Shown here one piece after another: positions 1 through 12,991 of a DNA stretch of 64,000 nt (positions are counted from its first letter, which is position 1; the number at the start of each line of letters is the position of its first letter). The notes under the pieces were generated by a model. It was not told the origin of the DNA and did no database searches. It saw only the letters and a list, made by a program, of their open reading frames with translations. Source of the stretch: Azolla caroliniana. Lineage: Eukaryota; Plantae; Polypodiophyta. Where the stretch lies: positions 186,001 to 250,000 of the forward strand of contig JBHGNT010000006.1 in assembly GCA_043228905.1 (NCBI GenBank), in the 5' to 3' direction. The position numbers and the translations under genes were made by a program.

Positions 1-178
1 TTCTATATGATAGCTAGCGTTGTTAGCTTCGATTCGCATGTTTGAACACAAAAATCCGATATCACACGAGCCAGGTATGAACATTTTAATTTACCTACTA
101 GCTCTTCTCAACTCAATCCTCAAATTTGGTAATTTCGTCATGTCTCTCGACCTGAGTTTCAAAATCTTGATTTTTTAA

Positions 179-1884
179 TTCCATATCATAGCTAGCGTTG
201 TTAGCTTCGATTCGCATGTTTGAACATAAAAATCCGATATCACACGAGCCAGGTATGAACATTTTTATTTACCTACTAGCTCTTCTCAACTGAATGCTCA
301 AATTTGGTAATTTCGTCATGTCTCTCGACCTTAGTTTCAAAATCTTGATTTTTTAATTCCATATCATAGCTAGCGTTGTTAGCTTCGATTCGCATGTTTG
401 AACACAAATATCCGATATCACACGAGCCAGGTATGAACATTTTAATTTACTCAAGGGCTCCTCTCAACTCACTCCTGAAATTTGGTAATTACGTCATGTC
501 TCTCGACCTGAGTTTCAAAATCTTGATTTTTTAATTCTATATGATAGCTAGCGTTGTTAGCTTCGATTCGCATGTTTGAACACAAAAATCCGATATCACA
601 CGAGCCAGGTATGAACATTTTAATTTAGCTACTAGCTCTTCTCAACTCAATCCTCAAATTTGGTAATTTCGTCATGTCTCTCGGCCTGAGTTTCAAAATC
701 TTGATTTTTTAATTCCATATCATAGCTAGCGTTGTTAGCTTCGATTTGCATGTTTGTACACAAAAATCCAATATCACACGAGCCAGGTATGAACATTTTT
801 ATTTACCTACTAGCTCTTCTCAACTCACTCCTCAAATTTGGTAATTACGTCATGTCTCTCGAGCTGAGTTTCAAAATCTTCATTTTTTAATTCTATATGA
901 TAGCTAGCATTGTTAGCTTCGATTCGCATGTTTGAACACAGAAATCCGATATCACACGAGCCAGGTATGAACATTTTAATTTACCTACTAGCTCTTCTCA
1001 ACTCACTCCTCAAATTTGGTAATTTCGTCATGTCTCTCGACCTGAGTTTCAAAATCTTGATTTTTTAATTCCATATCATAGCTAGCGTTGTTAGCTTCGA
1101 TTCGCATGTTTGAACATAAAAATCCGATATCACACGAGCCAGGTATGAACATTTTTATTTACCTACTAGCTCTTCTCAACTGAATGCTCAAATTTGGTAA
1201 TTTCGTCATGTCTCTCGACCTTAGTTTCAAAATCTTGATTTTTTAATTCCATATCATAGCTAGCGTTGTTAGCTTCGATTCGCATGTTTGAACACAAAAA
1301 TCCGATATCACACGAGCCAGGTATGAACATTTTAATTTACTCAAGGGCTCCTCTCAACTCACTCCTGAAATTTGGTAATTACGTCATGTCTCTCGACCTG
1401 AGTTTCAAAATCTTGATTTTTTAATTCTATATGATAGCTAGCGTTGTTAGCTTCGATTCGCATGTTTGAACACAAAAATCCGATATCACACGAACCAGGT
1501 ATGAACATTTTAATTTAGCTACTAGCTCTTCTCAACTCAATCCTCAAATTTGGTAATTTCGTCATGTCTCTCGGCCTGAGTTTCAAAATCTTGATTTTTT
1601 AATTCCATATCATAGCTAGCGTTGTTAGCTTCGATTGGCATGTTTGTACACAAAAATCCAATATCACACGAGCCAGGTATGAACATTTTTATTTACCTAC
1701 TAGCTCTTCTCAACTCACTCCTCAAATTTGGTAATTACGTCATGTCTCTCGAGCTGAGTTTCAAAATCTTCATTTTTTAATTCTATATGATAGCTAGCAT
1801 TGTTAGCTTCGATTCGCATGTTTGAACACAAAAATCCAATATCACACGAGCCAGGTATGAACATTTTAATTTACCTACTAGCTC
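179..1884 (+). repeat. 5-monomer (890-bp) tandem duplication, about 2 copies
   Basis: Monomers 179/357/535/713/891 carry the same ordered markers as 1069/1247/1425/1603/1781: AACATAAA+TGAATGC+CTTAG; TCAAGGG+CCTGAA; TTAGCT+TCGGCC; TCCAAT+GAGCTG+CTTCAT; GCATT. Confidence 0.9.
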
Positions 1885-2091
1885 TATGAACATTTTTATT
1901 TACCTACTAGCTCTTCTCAACTCACTCCTCAAATTTGGTAATTACGTCATGTCTCTCGAGCTGAGTTTCAAAATCTTCATTTTTTAATTCTATATGATAG
2001 CTAGCATTGTTAGCTTCGATTCGCATGTTTGAACACAAAAATCCAATATCACACGAGCCAGGTATGAACATTTTAATTTACCTACTAGCTC
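1678..2091 (+). repeat. 207-bp out-of-register tandem duplication (1678-1884 = 1885-2091), giving a +29-bp phase shift
   Basis: The junction reads ...CTACTAGCTC|TATGAACATTTTTATT at 1884/1885. The next monomer starts at 1988 instead of 1959. Both 207-bp copies read identical by eye, including GAGCTG, CTTCAT, GCATT and TCCAAT. Confidence 0.92.
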
Positions 2092-2343
2092 TTCTCAACT
2101 CACTCCTCAAATTTGGTAATTTCGTCATGTCTCTCGACCTGAGTTTCAGAATCTTGATTTTTTAATTCCATATCATAGCTAGCGTTGTTAGCTTCGATTC
2201 GCATGTTTGTACTCAAAAATCCGATGTCACACGAGCCAGGTATGAACATTTTTATTTACCTACTAGCTCTTCTCAACTCAATCCTCAAATTTGGTAATTT
2301 CGTCATGTCTCTCGAGCTGAGTTTCAAAATCTTGATTTTTTAA

Positions 2344-5300
2344 TTCTATATGATAGCTAGCGTTGTTAGCTTCGATTCGCATGTTTGAACACAAAAATCC
2401 GATATCACACGAGCCAGGTATGAACATTTTAATTTAGCTACTAGCTCTTCTCAACTCAATCCTCAAATTTGGTAATTTCGTCATGTCTCTCGACCTGAGT
2501 TTCAAAATCTTGATTTTTTAATTCCATATCATAGCTAGCGTTGTTAGCTTCGATTCGCATGTTTGTACACAAAAATCCGATATCACAGGAGCCAGGTATG
2601 AACATTTTTATTTACTCAAGGGCTCCTCTCAACTCACTCCTGAAATTTGGTAATTACGTCATGTCTCTCGACCTGAGTTTCAAAATCTTGATTTTTTAAT
2701 TCCATATCATAGCTAGCGTTGTTAGCTTCGATTTGCATGTTTGAACACAAAAATCCGATATCACACGAGCCAGGTATGAACATTTTAATTTACTCAAGCG
2801 CTCCTCTCAACTCACTCCTCAAATTTGGTAATTACGTCATGTCTCTCGACCTGAGTTTCAAAATCTTTATTTTTTAATTCTATATGATAGCTAGCGTTGT
2901 TAGCTTCGATTCGCATGTTTGAACACAGAAATCCGATATCACACGAGCCAGGTATGAACATTTTAATTTACCTACTAGCTCTTCTCAACTAACTCCTCAA
3001 ATTTGGTAATTTCGTCATGTCTCTCGACCTGAGTTTCAAAATCTTGATTTTTTAATTCCATATCATAGCTAGCGTTGTTAGCTTCGATTCGCATGTTTGT
3101 ACACAAAAATCCGATATCACACGAGCCAGGTATGAACATTTTAATTTACCTACTAGCTCTTCTCAACTCAGTCCTCAAATTTGGTAATTTCGTCATGTCT
3201 CTCGACCTGAGTTTCAAAATCTTGATTTTTTAATTCTATATGATAGCTAGCGTTGTTAGCTTCGATTCGCATGTTTGAACATAAAAATCCGATATCATAC
3301 GAGCCTGGTATGAACATTTTTATTTACCTACTAGCGCTTCTCAAGTCAATGCTCAAATTTGGTAATTTCGTCATGTCTCTCGACCTTAGTTTCAAAATCT
3401 TGATTTATTAATTCCATATCATAGCTAGCGTTGTTAGCTTCGATTCGCATGTTTGAACACAAATATCCGATATCACACGAGCCAAGTATGAACATTTTAA
3501 TTTACTCAAGGGCTCCTCTCAACGCACTCCTCAAATTTGGTAATTATGTCATGTCTCTCGACCTGAGTTTCAAAATCTTGATTTTTTAATTCTATATGAT
3601 AGCTAGCGTTGTTAGCTTCGATTCGCATGTTTGAACACAAAAATCCGATATCACACGAGCCACGTATGAACATTTTAATTTACCTACTACCTCTTCTCAA
3701 CTCAATCCTCAAATTTGGTAATTTCGTCATGTCTCTCGGCCTGAGTTTCAAAATCTTGATTTTTTAATTCCATATCATAGCTAGCGTTGTTAGCTTCGAT
3801 TCGCATGTTGGTACACAAAAATCCGATATCACACGAGCCTGGTATGAACATTTTAATTTACCCAAGGGCTCCTCTCAACTCACTCCTGAAATTTGGTAAT
3901 TACGTCATGTCTCTCGACCTGAGTTTCAAAATCTTGATTTTTTAATTCTATATGATAGCTAGCGTTGTTAGCTTCGATTCGCATGTTTGAACACAAAAAT
4001 CCGATATCACACGAGCCAAGTATGAACATTTTAATTTACCTACTAGCTCTTCTCAACTCAATCCTCAAATTTGGTAATTTCGTCATGTCTCTCGACCTGA
4101 GTTTCAAAATCTTGATTTTTTAATTCCATATCATAGCTAGCGTTGTTAGCTTCGATTCGCATGTTTGTACACAAAAATCCGATATCACACGAGCCAGGTA
4201 TGAACATTTTAATTTACCTACTAGCTCTTCTCAACTCAGTCCTCAAATTTGGTAATTTCGTCATGTCTCTCGACCTGAGTTTCAAAATCTTGATTTTTTA
4301 ATTCTATATGATAGCTAGCGTTGTTAGCTTCGATTCGCATGTTTGAACACAAAAATCCGATATCACACGAGCCTGGTATGAACATTTTTATTTACCTACT
4401 AGCGCTTCTCAACTGACTCCTCAAATTTGGTAATTTCGTCATGTCTCTCGACCTTAGTTTCAAAATCTTGATTTTTTAATTCCATATCATAGCTAGCGTT
4501 GTTAGCTTCGATTCGCATGTTTGAACACAAATATCCGATATCACACGAGCCAGGTATGAACATTTTAATTTACTCAAGGGCTCCTCTCAACTCACTCCTC
4601 AAATTTGGTAATTACGTCATGTCTCTCGACCTGAGTTTCAAAATCTTGATTTTTTAATTCTATATGATAGCTAGCGTTGTTAGCTTCGATTCGCATGTTT
4701 GAACACAAAAATCCGATATCACACGAGCCACGTATGAACATTTTTATTTACCTACTAGCTCTTCTCAACTCAATCCTCAAATTTGGTAATTTCGTCATGT
4801 CTCTCGGCCTGAGTTTCAAAATCTTGATTTTTTAATTCTATATGATAGCTAGCGTTGTTAGCTTCGATTCGCATGTTTGAACACAAAAATCCGATATCAC
4901 ACGAGCCAGGTATGAACATTTTAATTTAGCTACTAGCTCTTCTCAACTCAATCCTCAAATTTGGTAATTTCGTCATGTCTCTCGACCTGAGTTTCAAAAT
5001 CTTGATTTTTTAATTCCATATCATAGCTAGCGTTGTTAGCTTCGATTCGCATGTTTGTACACAAAAATCCGATATCACAGGAGCCAGGTATGAACATTTT
5101 TATTTACTCAAGGGCTCCTCTCAACTCACTCCTGAAATTTGGTAATTACGTCATGTCTCTCGACCTGAGTTTCAAAATCTTGATTTTTTAATTCCATATC
5201 ATAGCTAGCGTTGTTAGCTTCGATTTGCATGTTTGAACACAAAAATCCGATATCACACGAGCCAGGTATGAACATTTTAATTTACTCAAGCGCTCCTCTC

Positions 5301-7327
5301 AACTCACTCCTCAAATTTGGTAATTACGTCATGTCTCTCGACCTGAGTTTCAAAATCTTGATTTTTTAATTCTATATGATAGCTAGCGTTGTTAGCTTCG
5401 ATTCGCATGTTTGAACACAGAAATCCGATATCACACGAGCCAGGTATGAACATTTTAATTTACCTACTAGCTCTTCTCAACTAACTCCTCAAATTTGGTA
5501 ATTTCGTCATGTCTCTCGACCTGAGTTTCAGAATCTTGATTTTTTAATTCCATATCATAGCTAGCGTTGTTAGCTTCGATTCGCATGTTTGTACACAAAA
5601 ATCCGATATCACACGAGCCAGGTATGAACATTTTAATTTACCTACTAGCTCTTCTCAACTCAGTCCTCAAATTTGGTAATTTCGTCATGTCTCTCGACCT
5701 GAGTTTCAAAATCTTGATTTTTTAATTCTATATGATAGCTAGCGTTGTTAGCTTCGATTCGCATGTTTGAACATAAAAATCCGATATCATACGAGCCTGG
5801 TATGAACATTTTTATTTACCTACTAGCGCTTCTCAAGTCAATGCTCAAATTTGGTAATTTCGTCATGTCTCTCGACCTTAGTTTCAAAATCTTGATTTTT
5901 TAATTCCATATCATAGCTAGCGTTGTTAGCTTCGATTCGCATGTTTGAACACAAATATCCGATATCACACGAGCCAAGTATGAACATTTTAATTTACTCA
6001 AGGGCTCCTCTCAACGCACTCCTCAAATTTGGTAATTATGTCATGTCTCTCGACCTGAGTTTCAAAATCTTGATTTTTTAATTCTATATGATAGCTAGCG
6101 TTGTTAGCTTCGATTCGCATGTTTGAACACAAAAATCCGATATCACACGAGCCACGTATGAACATTTTAATTTACCTACTACCTCTTCTCAACTCAATCC
6201 TCAAATTTGGTAATTTCGTCATGTCTCTCGGCCTGAGTTTCAAAATCTTGATTTTTTAATTCCATATCATAGCTAGCGTTGTTAGCTTCGATTCGCATGT
6301 TTGTACACAAAAATCCGATATCACACGAGCCTGGTATGAACATTTTAATTTACCCAAGGGCTCCTCTCAACTCACTCCTGAAATTTGGTAATTACGTCAT
6401 GTCTCTCGACCTGAGTTTCAAAATCTTGATTTTTTAATTCTATATGATAGCTAGCGTTGTTAGCTTCGATTCGCATGTTTGAACACAAAAATCCGATATC
6501 ACACGAGCCAAGTATGAACATTTTAATTTACCTACTAGCTCTTCTCAACTCAATCCTCAAATTTGGTAATTTCGTCATGTCTCTCGACCTGAGTTTCAAA
6601 ATCTTGATTTTTTAATTCCATATCATAGCTAGCGTTGTTAGCTTCGATTCGCATGTTTGTACACAAAAATCCGATATCACACGAGCCAGGTATGAACATT
6701 TTAATTTACCTACTAGCTCTTCTCAACTCAGTCCTCAAATTTGGTAATTTCGTCATGTCTCTCGACCTGAGTTTCAAAATCTTGATTTTTTAATTCTATA
6801 TGATAGCTAGCGTTGTTAGCTTCGATTCGCATGTTTGAACACAAAAATCCGATATCACACGAGCCTGGTATGAACATTTTTATTTACCTACTAGCGCTTC
6901 TCAACTGACTCCTCAAATTTGGTAATTTCGTCATGTCTCTCGACCTTAGTTTCAAAATCTTGATTTTTTAATTCCATATCATAGCTAGCGTTGTTAGCTT
7001 CGATTCGCATGTTTGAACACAAATATCCGATATCACACGAGCCAGGTATGAACATTTTAATTTACTCAAGGGTTCCTCTCAACTCACTCCTCAATTTTGG
7101 TAATTACGTCATGTCTCTCGACCTGAGTTTCAAAATCTTGATTTTTTAATTCTATATGATAGCTAGCGTTGTTAGCTTCGATTCGCATGTTTGAACACAA
7201 AAATCCGATATCACACGAGCCACGTATGAACATTTTAATTTACCTACTACCTCTTCTCAACTCAATCCTCAAATTTGGTAATTTCGTCATGTCTCTCGGC
7301 CTGAGTTTCAAAATCTTGATTTTTTAA
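2344..7327 (+). repeat. 14-monomer (2492-bp) tandem duplication containing a nested 6-monomer period
   Basis: Rare markers recur at +2492: CACAGGAG (~2585/5077), ATCATACGAGCCTGG (~3294/5786), AACGCACT (3521/6013), CACGTATG (3661/6153 and 4729/7221). GCCTGG+AGCGCTTC, AAATATCC and CACGT+GGCC also recur at +1068 within each copy. Confidence 0.9.
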
Positions 7328-8573
7328 TTCCATATCATAGCTAGCGTTGTTAGCTTCGATTCGCATGTTTGTACACAAAAATCCGATATCACACGAGCCA
7401 GGTATGAACATTTTAATTTACCCAAGGGCTCCTCTCAACTCACTCCTGAAATTTGGTAATTACGTCATGTCTCTCGACCTGAGTTTCAAAATCTTGATTT
7501 TTTAATTCTATATGATAGCTAGCGTTGTTAGCTTCGATTCGCATGTTTGAACACAAAAATCCGATATCACACGAGCCAAGTATGAACATTTTAATTTACC
7601 TACTAGCTCTTCTCAACTCAATCCTCAAATTTGGTAATTTCGTCATGTCTCTCGACCTGAGTTTCAAAATCTTGATTTTTTAATTCCATATCATAGCTAG
7701 CGTTGTTAGCTTCGATTCGCATGTTTGTACACAAAAATCTGATATCACACGAGCCAGGTATGAACATTTTTATTTACCTACTAGCTCTTCTCAACTCACT
7801 CCTCAAATTTGGTAATTACGTCATGTCTCTCGAGCTGAGTTTCAAAATCTTCATTTTTTAATTCTATATGATAGCTAGCATTGTTAGCTTCGATTCGCAT
7901 GTTTGAACACAAAAATCCAATAGCACACGAGCCAGGTATGAACATTTTAATTTACTCAAGGACTCCTCTCAACTGACTCCTCAAATTTGGTAATTTCGTC
8001 ATGTCTCTCGACCTGAGTTTCAGAATCTTGATTTTTTAATTCCATATCATAGCTAGCGTTGTTAGCTTCGATTCGCATGTTTGAATATAAAAATCCGATG
8101 TCACACGAGCCAGGTATGAACATTTTAATTTACCTACTAGCTCTTCTCAACTCAGTTCTCAAATTTGGTAATTTCGTCATGTCTCTCGACCTGAGTTTCA
8201 AAATCTTGATTTTTTAATTCTATATGATAGCTAGCGTTGTTAGCTTCGATTCGCATGTTTGAACACAAAAATCCGATATCACACGAGCCAGGTATGAACA
8301 TTTTTATTTACCTACTAGCTCTTCTCAACTCAATGCTCAAATTTGGTAATTTTGTCATGTCTCTCGACCTGAGTTTCAAAATCTTGATTTTTTAATTCCA
8401 TATCATAGCTAACGTTGTTAGCTTCGATTCGCATGTTTGTACACAAAAATCCGATATCACAGGAGCCAGGTATGAACATTTGAATTTACCTACTAGCTCT
8501 TCTCATCTCAATCCTCAAATTTGGTAATTTCGTCATGTCTCTCGACCTGAGTTTCAAAATCTTGATTTTTTAA

Positions 8574-8735
8574 TTCCATATCATAGCTAGCGTTGTTAGC
8601 TTCGATTCGCATGTTTGTACACAAAAATCAGGTATGAACATTTTAATTTACTCAAGGGCTCCTCTCAACTCACTCCTCATGTTTGCTAATTTCGTCATGT
8701 CTCTCGACCTGAGTTTCAAAATCTTGATTTCTTAA
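8574..8735 (+). repeat. 162-bp variant monomer (16-bp deletion), copy 1
   Basis: AAAAATCAGGTATG at ~8623-8636 replaces AAAAATCCGATATCACACGAGCCAGGTATG. The next monomer starts at 8736. Confidence 0.95.
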
Positions 8736-11700
8736 TTCCATATCATAGCTAGCGTTGTTAGCTTCGATTCGCATGTTTGAACACAAAAATCCGATATCAC
8801 ACGAGCCAGGTATGAACATTTTAATTTACCTACTAGCTCTTCTCAACTCAATGCTCAAATTTGGTAATTTCGTCATGTCTCTCGACCTGAGTTTCAAAAT
8901 CTTGATTTTTTAATTCCATATCATAGCTAACGTTGTTAGCTTCGATTCGCATGTTTGTACACAAAAATCCGATATCACAGGAGCCAGGTATGAACATTTG
9001 AATTTACCTACTAGCTCTTCTCATCTCAATCCTCAAATTTGGTAATTTCGTCATGTCTCTCGACCTGAGTTTCAAAATCTTGATTTTTTAATTCCATATC
9101 ATAGCTAGCGTTGTTAGCTTCGATTCGCATGTTTGTACACAAAAATCTGATATCACACGAGCCAGGTATGAACATTTTTATTTACCTACTAGCTCTTCTC
9201 AACTCACTCCTCAAATTTGGTAATTACGTCATGTCTCTCGAGCTGATTTTCAAAATCTTGATTTTTTAATTCTATATGATAGCAAGCATTGTTAGCTTCC
9301 ATTCGCATGTTTGAATACAAAAATCCGATATCACACGAGCTAGGTATGAACATTTTAATTTACTCAAGGACTCCTCTCAACTGACTCCTCAAATTTGGTA
9401 ATTTCGTCATGTCTCTCGACCTGAGTTTCAGAATCTTGATTTTTTAATTCCATATCATAGCTAGCGTTGTTAGCTTCGATTCGCATGTTTGAATATAAAA
9501 ATCCGATGTCACACGAGCCAGGTATGAACATTTTAATTTACCTACTAGCTCTTCTCAACTCACTCCTCAAATTTGGTAATTTTCTCATGTCTCTCGACCT
9601 GAGTTTCAGAATTTTGATTTTTTAATTCCATATCATAGCTAGCGTTGTTAGCTTCGATTTGTATGTTTGAATATAAAAATCCGATGTCACACGAGCCAGG
9701 TATGAACATTTTAATTTACCTACTAGCACTTCTCAACTCAGTTCTCATATTTGGTAATTTCGTCATGTCTCTCGACCTGAGTTTCAAAATCTTGATTTTT
9801 TAATTCTATATGATAGCTAGCGTTGTTAGCTTTGATTCGCATGTTTGAACATAAAAATCCGATATCACACGAGCCAGGTATGAACATTTTTATTTACCTA
9901 CTAGCTCTTCTCAACTGAATGCTCAAATTTGGTAATTTCGTCATGTCTCTCGACCTTAGTTTCAAAATCTTGATTTTTTAATTCCATATCAGAGCTAGCG
10001 TTGTTAGCTTCGATTCGCATGTTTGAACACAAATATCCGATATCACACGAGCCAGGTATGAACATTTTAATTTACTCAAGGGCTCCTCTCAACTCACTCC
10101 TGAAATTTGGTAATTACGTCATGTCTCTCGACCTGAGTTTCAAAATCTTGATTTTTTAATTCCATATGATAGCTAGCGTTGTTAGCTTCGATTCGCATGT
10201 TTGAACACAAAAATCCGATATCACACGAGCCAGGTATGAACATTTTAATTTACCTACTAGCTCTTCTCAACTCAATCCTCAAATTTGGTAATTTCGTCAT
10301 GTCTCTCGGCCTGAGTTTCAAAATCTTGATTTTTTAATTCCATATCATAGCTAGAGTTGTTAGCTTCGATTTGCATGTTTGAACACAAAAATCCGATATC
10401 ACACGAGCCAGGTATGAACATTTTAATTTACTCAAGCGCTCCTCTCAACTCACTCCTCAAATTTGGTAATTACGTCATGTCTCTCGACCTGAGTTTCAAA
10501 ATCTTGATTTTTTAATTCTATATGATAGCTAGCGTTGTTAGCTTCGATTCGCATGTTTGAACACAAAAATCCGATATCACACGAGCCAGGTATGAACATT
10601 TTAATTTACCTACTAGCTCTTCTCAACTAACTCCTCAAATTTGGTAATTTCGTCATGTCTCTCGACCTGAGTTTCAAAATCTTGATTTTTTAATTCCATA
10701 TCATAGCTAGCGTTGTTAGCTTCGATTCGCATGTTTGTACTCAAAAATCCGATGTCACACGAGCCAGGTATGAACATTTTTATTTACCTACTAGCTCTTC
10801 TCAACTCAGTCCTCAAATTTGGTAATTTCGTTATGTCTCTCGACCTGAGTTTCAAAATCTTGATTTTTTAATTCTATATCATAGCTAGCGTTGTTAGCTT
10901 CGATTCGCATGTTTGAACATAAAAATCCGATATCACACGAGCCAGGTATGAACATTTTTATTTACCTACTAGCTCTTCTCAACTCAATGCTCAAATTTGG
11001 TAATTTCGTCATGTCTCTCGACCTTAGTTTCAAAATCTTGATTTTTTAATTCCATATCATAGCTAGCGTTGTTAGCTTGGATTCGCATGTTTGTACACAA
11101 AAATCTGATATCACACGAGCCAGGTATGAACATTTTTATTTACCTACTAGCTCTTCTCAACTCACTCCTCAAATTTGGTAATTACGTCATGTCTCTCGAG
11201 CTGATTTTCAAAATCTTGATTTTTTAATTCTATATGATAGCTAGCATTGTTAGCTTCCATTCGCATGTTTGAATACAAAAATCCGATATCACCCGAGCCA
11301 GGTATGAACATTTTAATTTACTCAAGGACTCCTCTCAACTGACTCCTCAAATTTGGTAATTTCGTCATGTCTCTCGACCTGAGTTTCAGAATCTTGATTT
11401 TTTAATTCCATATTATAGCTAGCGTTGTTAGCTTCGATTCGCATGTTTGAATATAAAAATCCGATGTCACACGAGCCAGGTATGAACATTTTAATTTACC
11501 TACTAGCTCTTCTCAACTCACTCCTCAAATTTGGTAATTTTGTCATGTCTCTCGACCTGAGTTTCAGAATCTTGATTTTTTAACTCCATATCATAGCTAG
11601 CGTTGTTAGCTTCGATTCGCATGTTTGAATATAAAAATCCGATGTCACAGAAGCCAGGTATGAACATTTTAATTTACCTACTAGCTCTTCTCAACTCAGT

Positions 11701-12829
11701 TCTCAAATTTGGTAATTTCGTCATGTCTCTCGACCTGAGTTTCAAAATCTTGATTTTTTAATTCCATATCATAGCTAGCGTTGTTAGCTTCGATTCGCAT
11801 GTTTGTACACAAAAATCCGATATCACACGAGCCAGGTATGAACATTTTTATTTACCTACTAGCTCTTCTCAACTCAATGCTCAAATGTGGTAATTTCGTC
11901 ATGTCTCTCGACCTGAGTTTCAAAATATTGATTTTTTAATTCCATATCATAGCTAACGTTGTTAGCTTCGATTCGCATGTTTGTACACAAAAATCCGATA
12001 TCACAGGAGCCAGGTATGAACATTTGAATTTACCTACTAGCTCTTCTCATCTCAATCCTCAAATTTGGTAATTTCGTCATGTCTCTCGACCTGAGTTTCA
12101 AAATCTTGATTTTTTAATTCCATATCATAGCTAGCGTTGTTAGCTTCGATTCGCATGTTTGAACACAAAAATCCAATAGCACACGAGCCAGGTATGAACA
12201 TTTTAATTTACTCAAGGACTCCTCTCAACTGACTCCTCAAATTTGGTAATTTCGTCATGTCTCTCGACCTGAGTTTCAAAATCTTGATTTTTTAATTCCA
12301 TATCATAGCTAGCGTTGTTAGCTTTGATTCGCATGTTTGAATATAAAAATCCGATGTCACACGAGCCAGGTATGAACATTTTAATTTACCTACTAGCTCT
12401 TCTCAACTCAGTTCTCAAATTTGGTAATTTCGTCATGTCTCTCGACCTGAGTTTCAAAATCTTGATTTTTTAATTCTATATGATAGCTAGCGTTGTTAGC
12501 TTCGATTCGCATGTTTGAACACAAAAATCCGATATCACACGAGCCAGGTATGAACATTTTTATTTACCTACTAGCTCTTCTCAACTCAATGCTCAAATTT
12601 GGTAATTTTGTCATGTCTCTCGACCTGAGTTTCAAAATCTTGATTTTTTAATTCCATATCATAGCTAACGTTGTTAGCTTCGATTCGCATGTTTGTACAC
12701 AAAAATCCGATATCACAGGAGCCAGGTATGAACATTTGAATTTACCTACTAGCTCTTCTCATCTCAATCCTCAAATTTGGTAATTTCGTCATGTCTCTCG
12801 ACCTGAGTTTCAAAATCTTGATTTTTTAA

Positions 12830-12991
12830 TTCCATATCATAGCTAGCGTTGTTAGCTTCGATTCGCATGTTTGTACACAAAAATCCGGTATGAACATTTT
12901 AATTTACTCAAGGGCTCCTCTCAACTCACTCCTCATGTTTGCTAATTTCGTCATGTCTCTCGACCTGAGTTTCAAAATCTTGATTTCTTAA
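12830..12991 (+). repeat. 162-bp variant monomer (16-bp deletion), copy 2
   Basis: AAAAATCCGGTATG at ~12879-12892. It shares CATGTTTGCTAA and GATTTCTTAA with copy 1. The next monomer starts at 12992. Confidence 0.95.

Noticed and set aside
27-72. CENP-B box
   Set aside because: TTCG motifs exist, and the minus strand has CTCGTGTGATATCGGA, but neither fits NTTCGNNNNANNCGGGN in spacing or core bases.
1-178. Identity with Arabidopsis CEN178/CEN180 or another named satellite
   Set aside because: The length is the same, but I recognise no sequence similarity and the consensus has no HindIII AAGCTT site. No family can be assigned without a database search.
1-178. Hairpin/dyad elements, or a 5S rRNA/tRNA-derived unit
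   Set aside because: Only short palindromes are present (GCTAGC, TAGCTA, GATATC, AAATTT, near-palindrome TGTTTGAACA), at a level expected by chance. I see no 5S, tRNA or Pol III box signature.
41-180. 10-bp phased A/T tracts implying DNA curvature
   Set aside because: Tracts are present and some are about 10 bp apart (122/131, 161/171), but periodicity cannot be established by eye. It needs a dinucleotide periodicity or curvature calculation.
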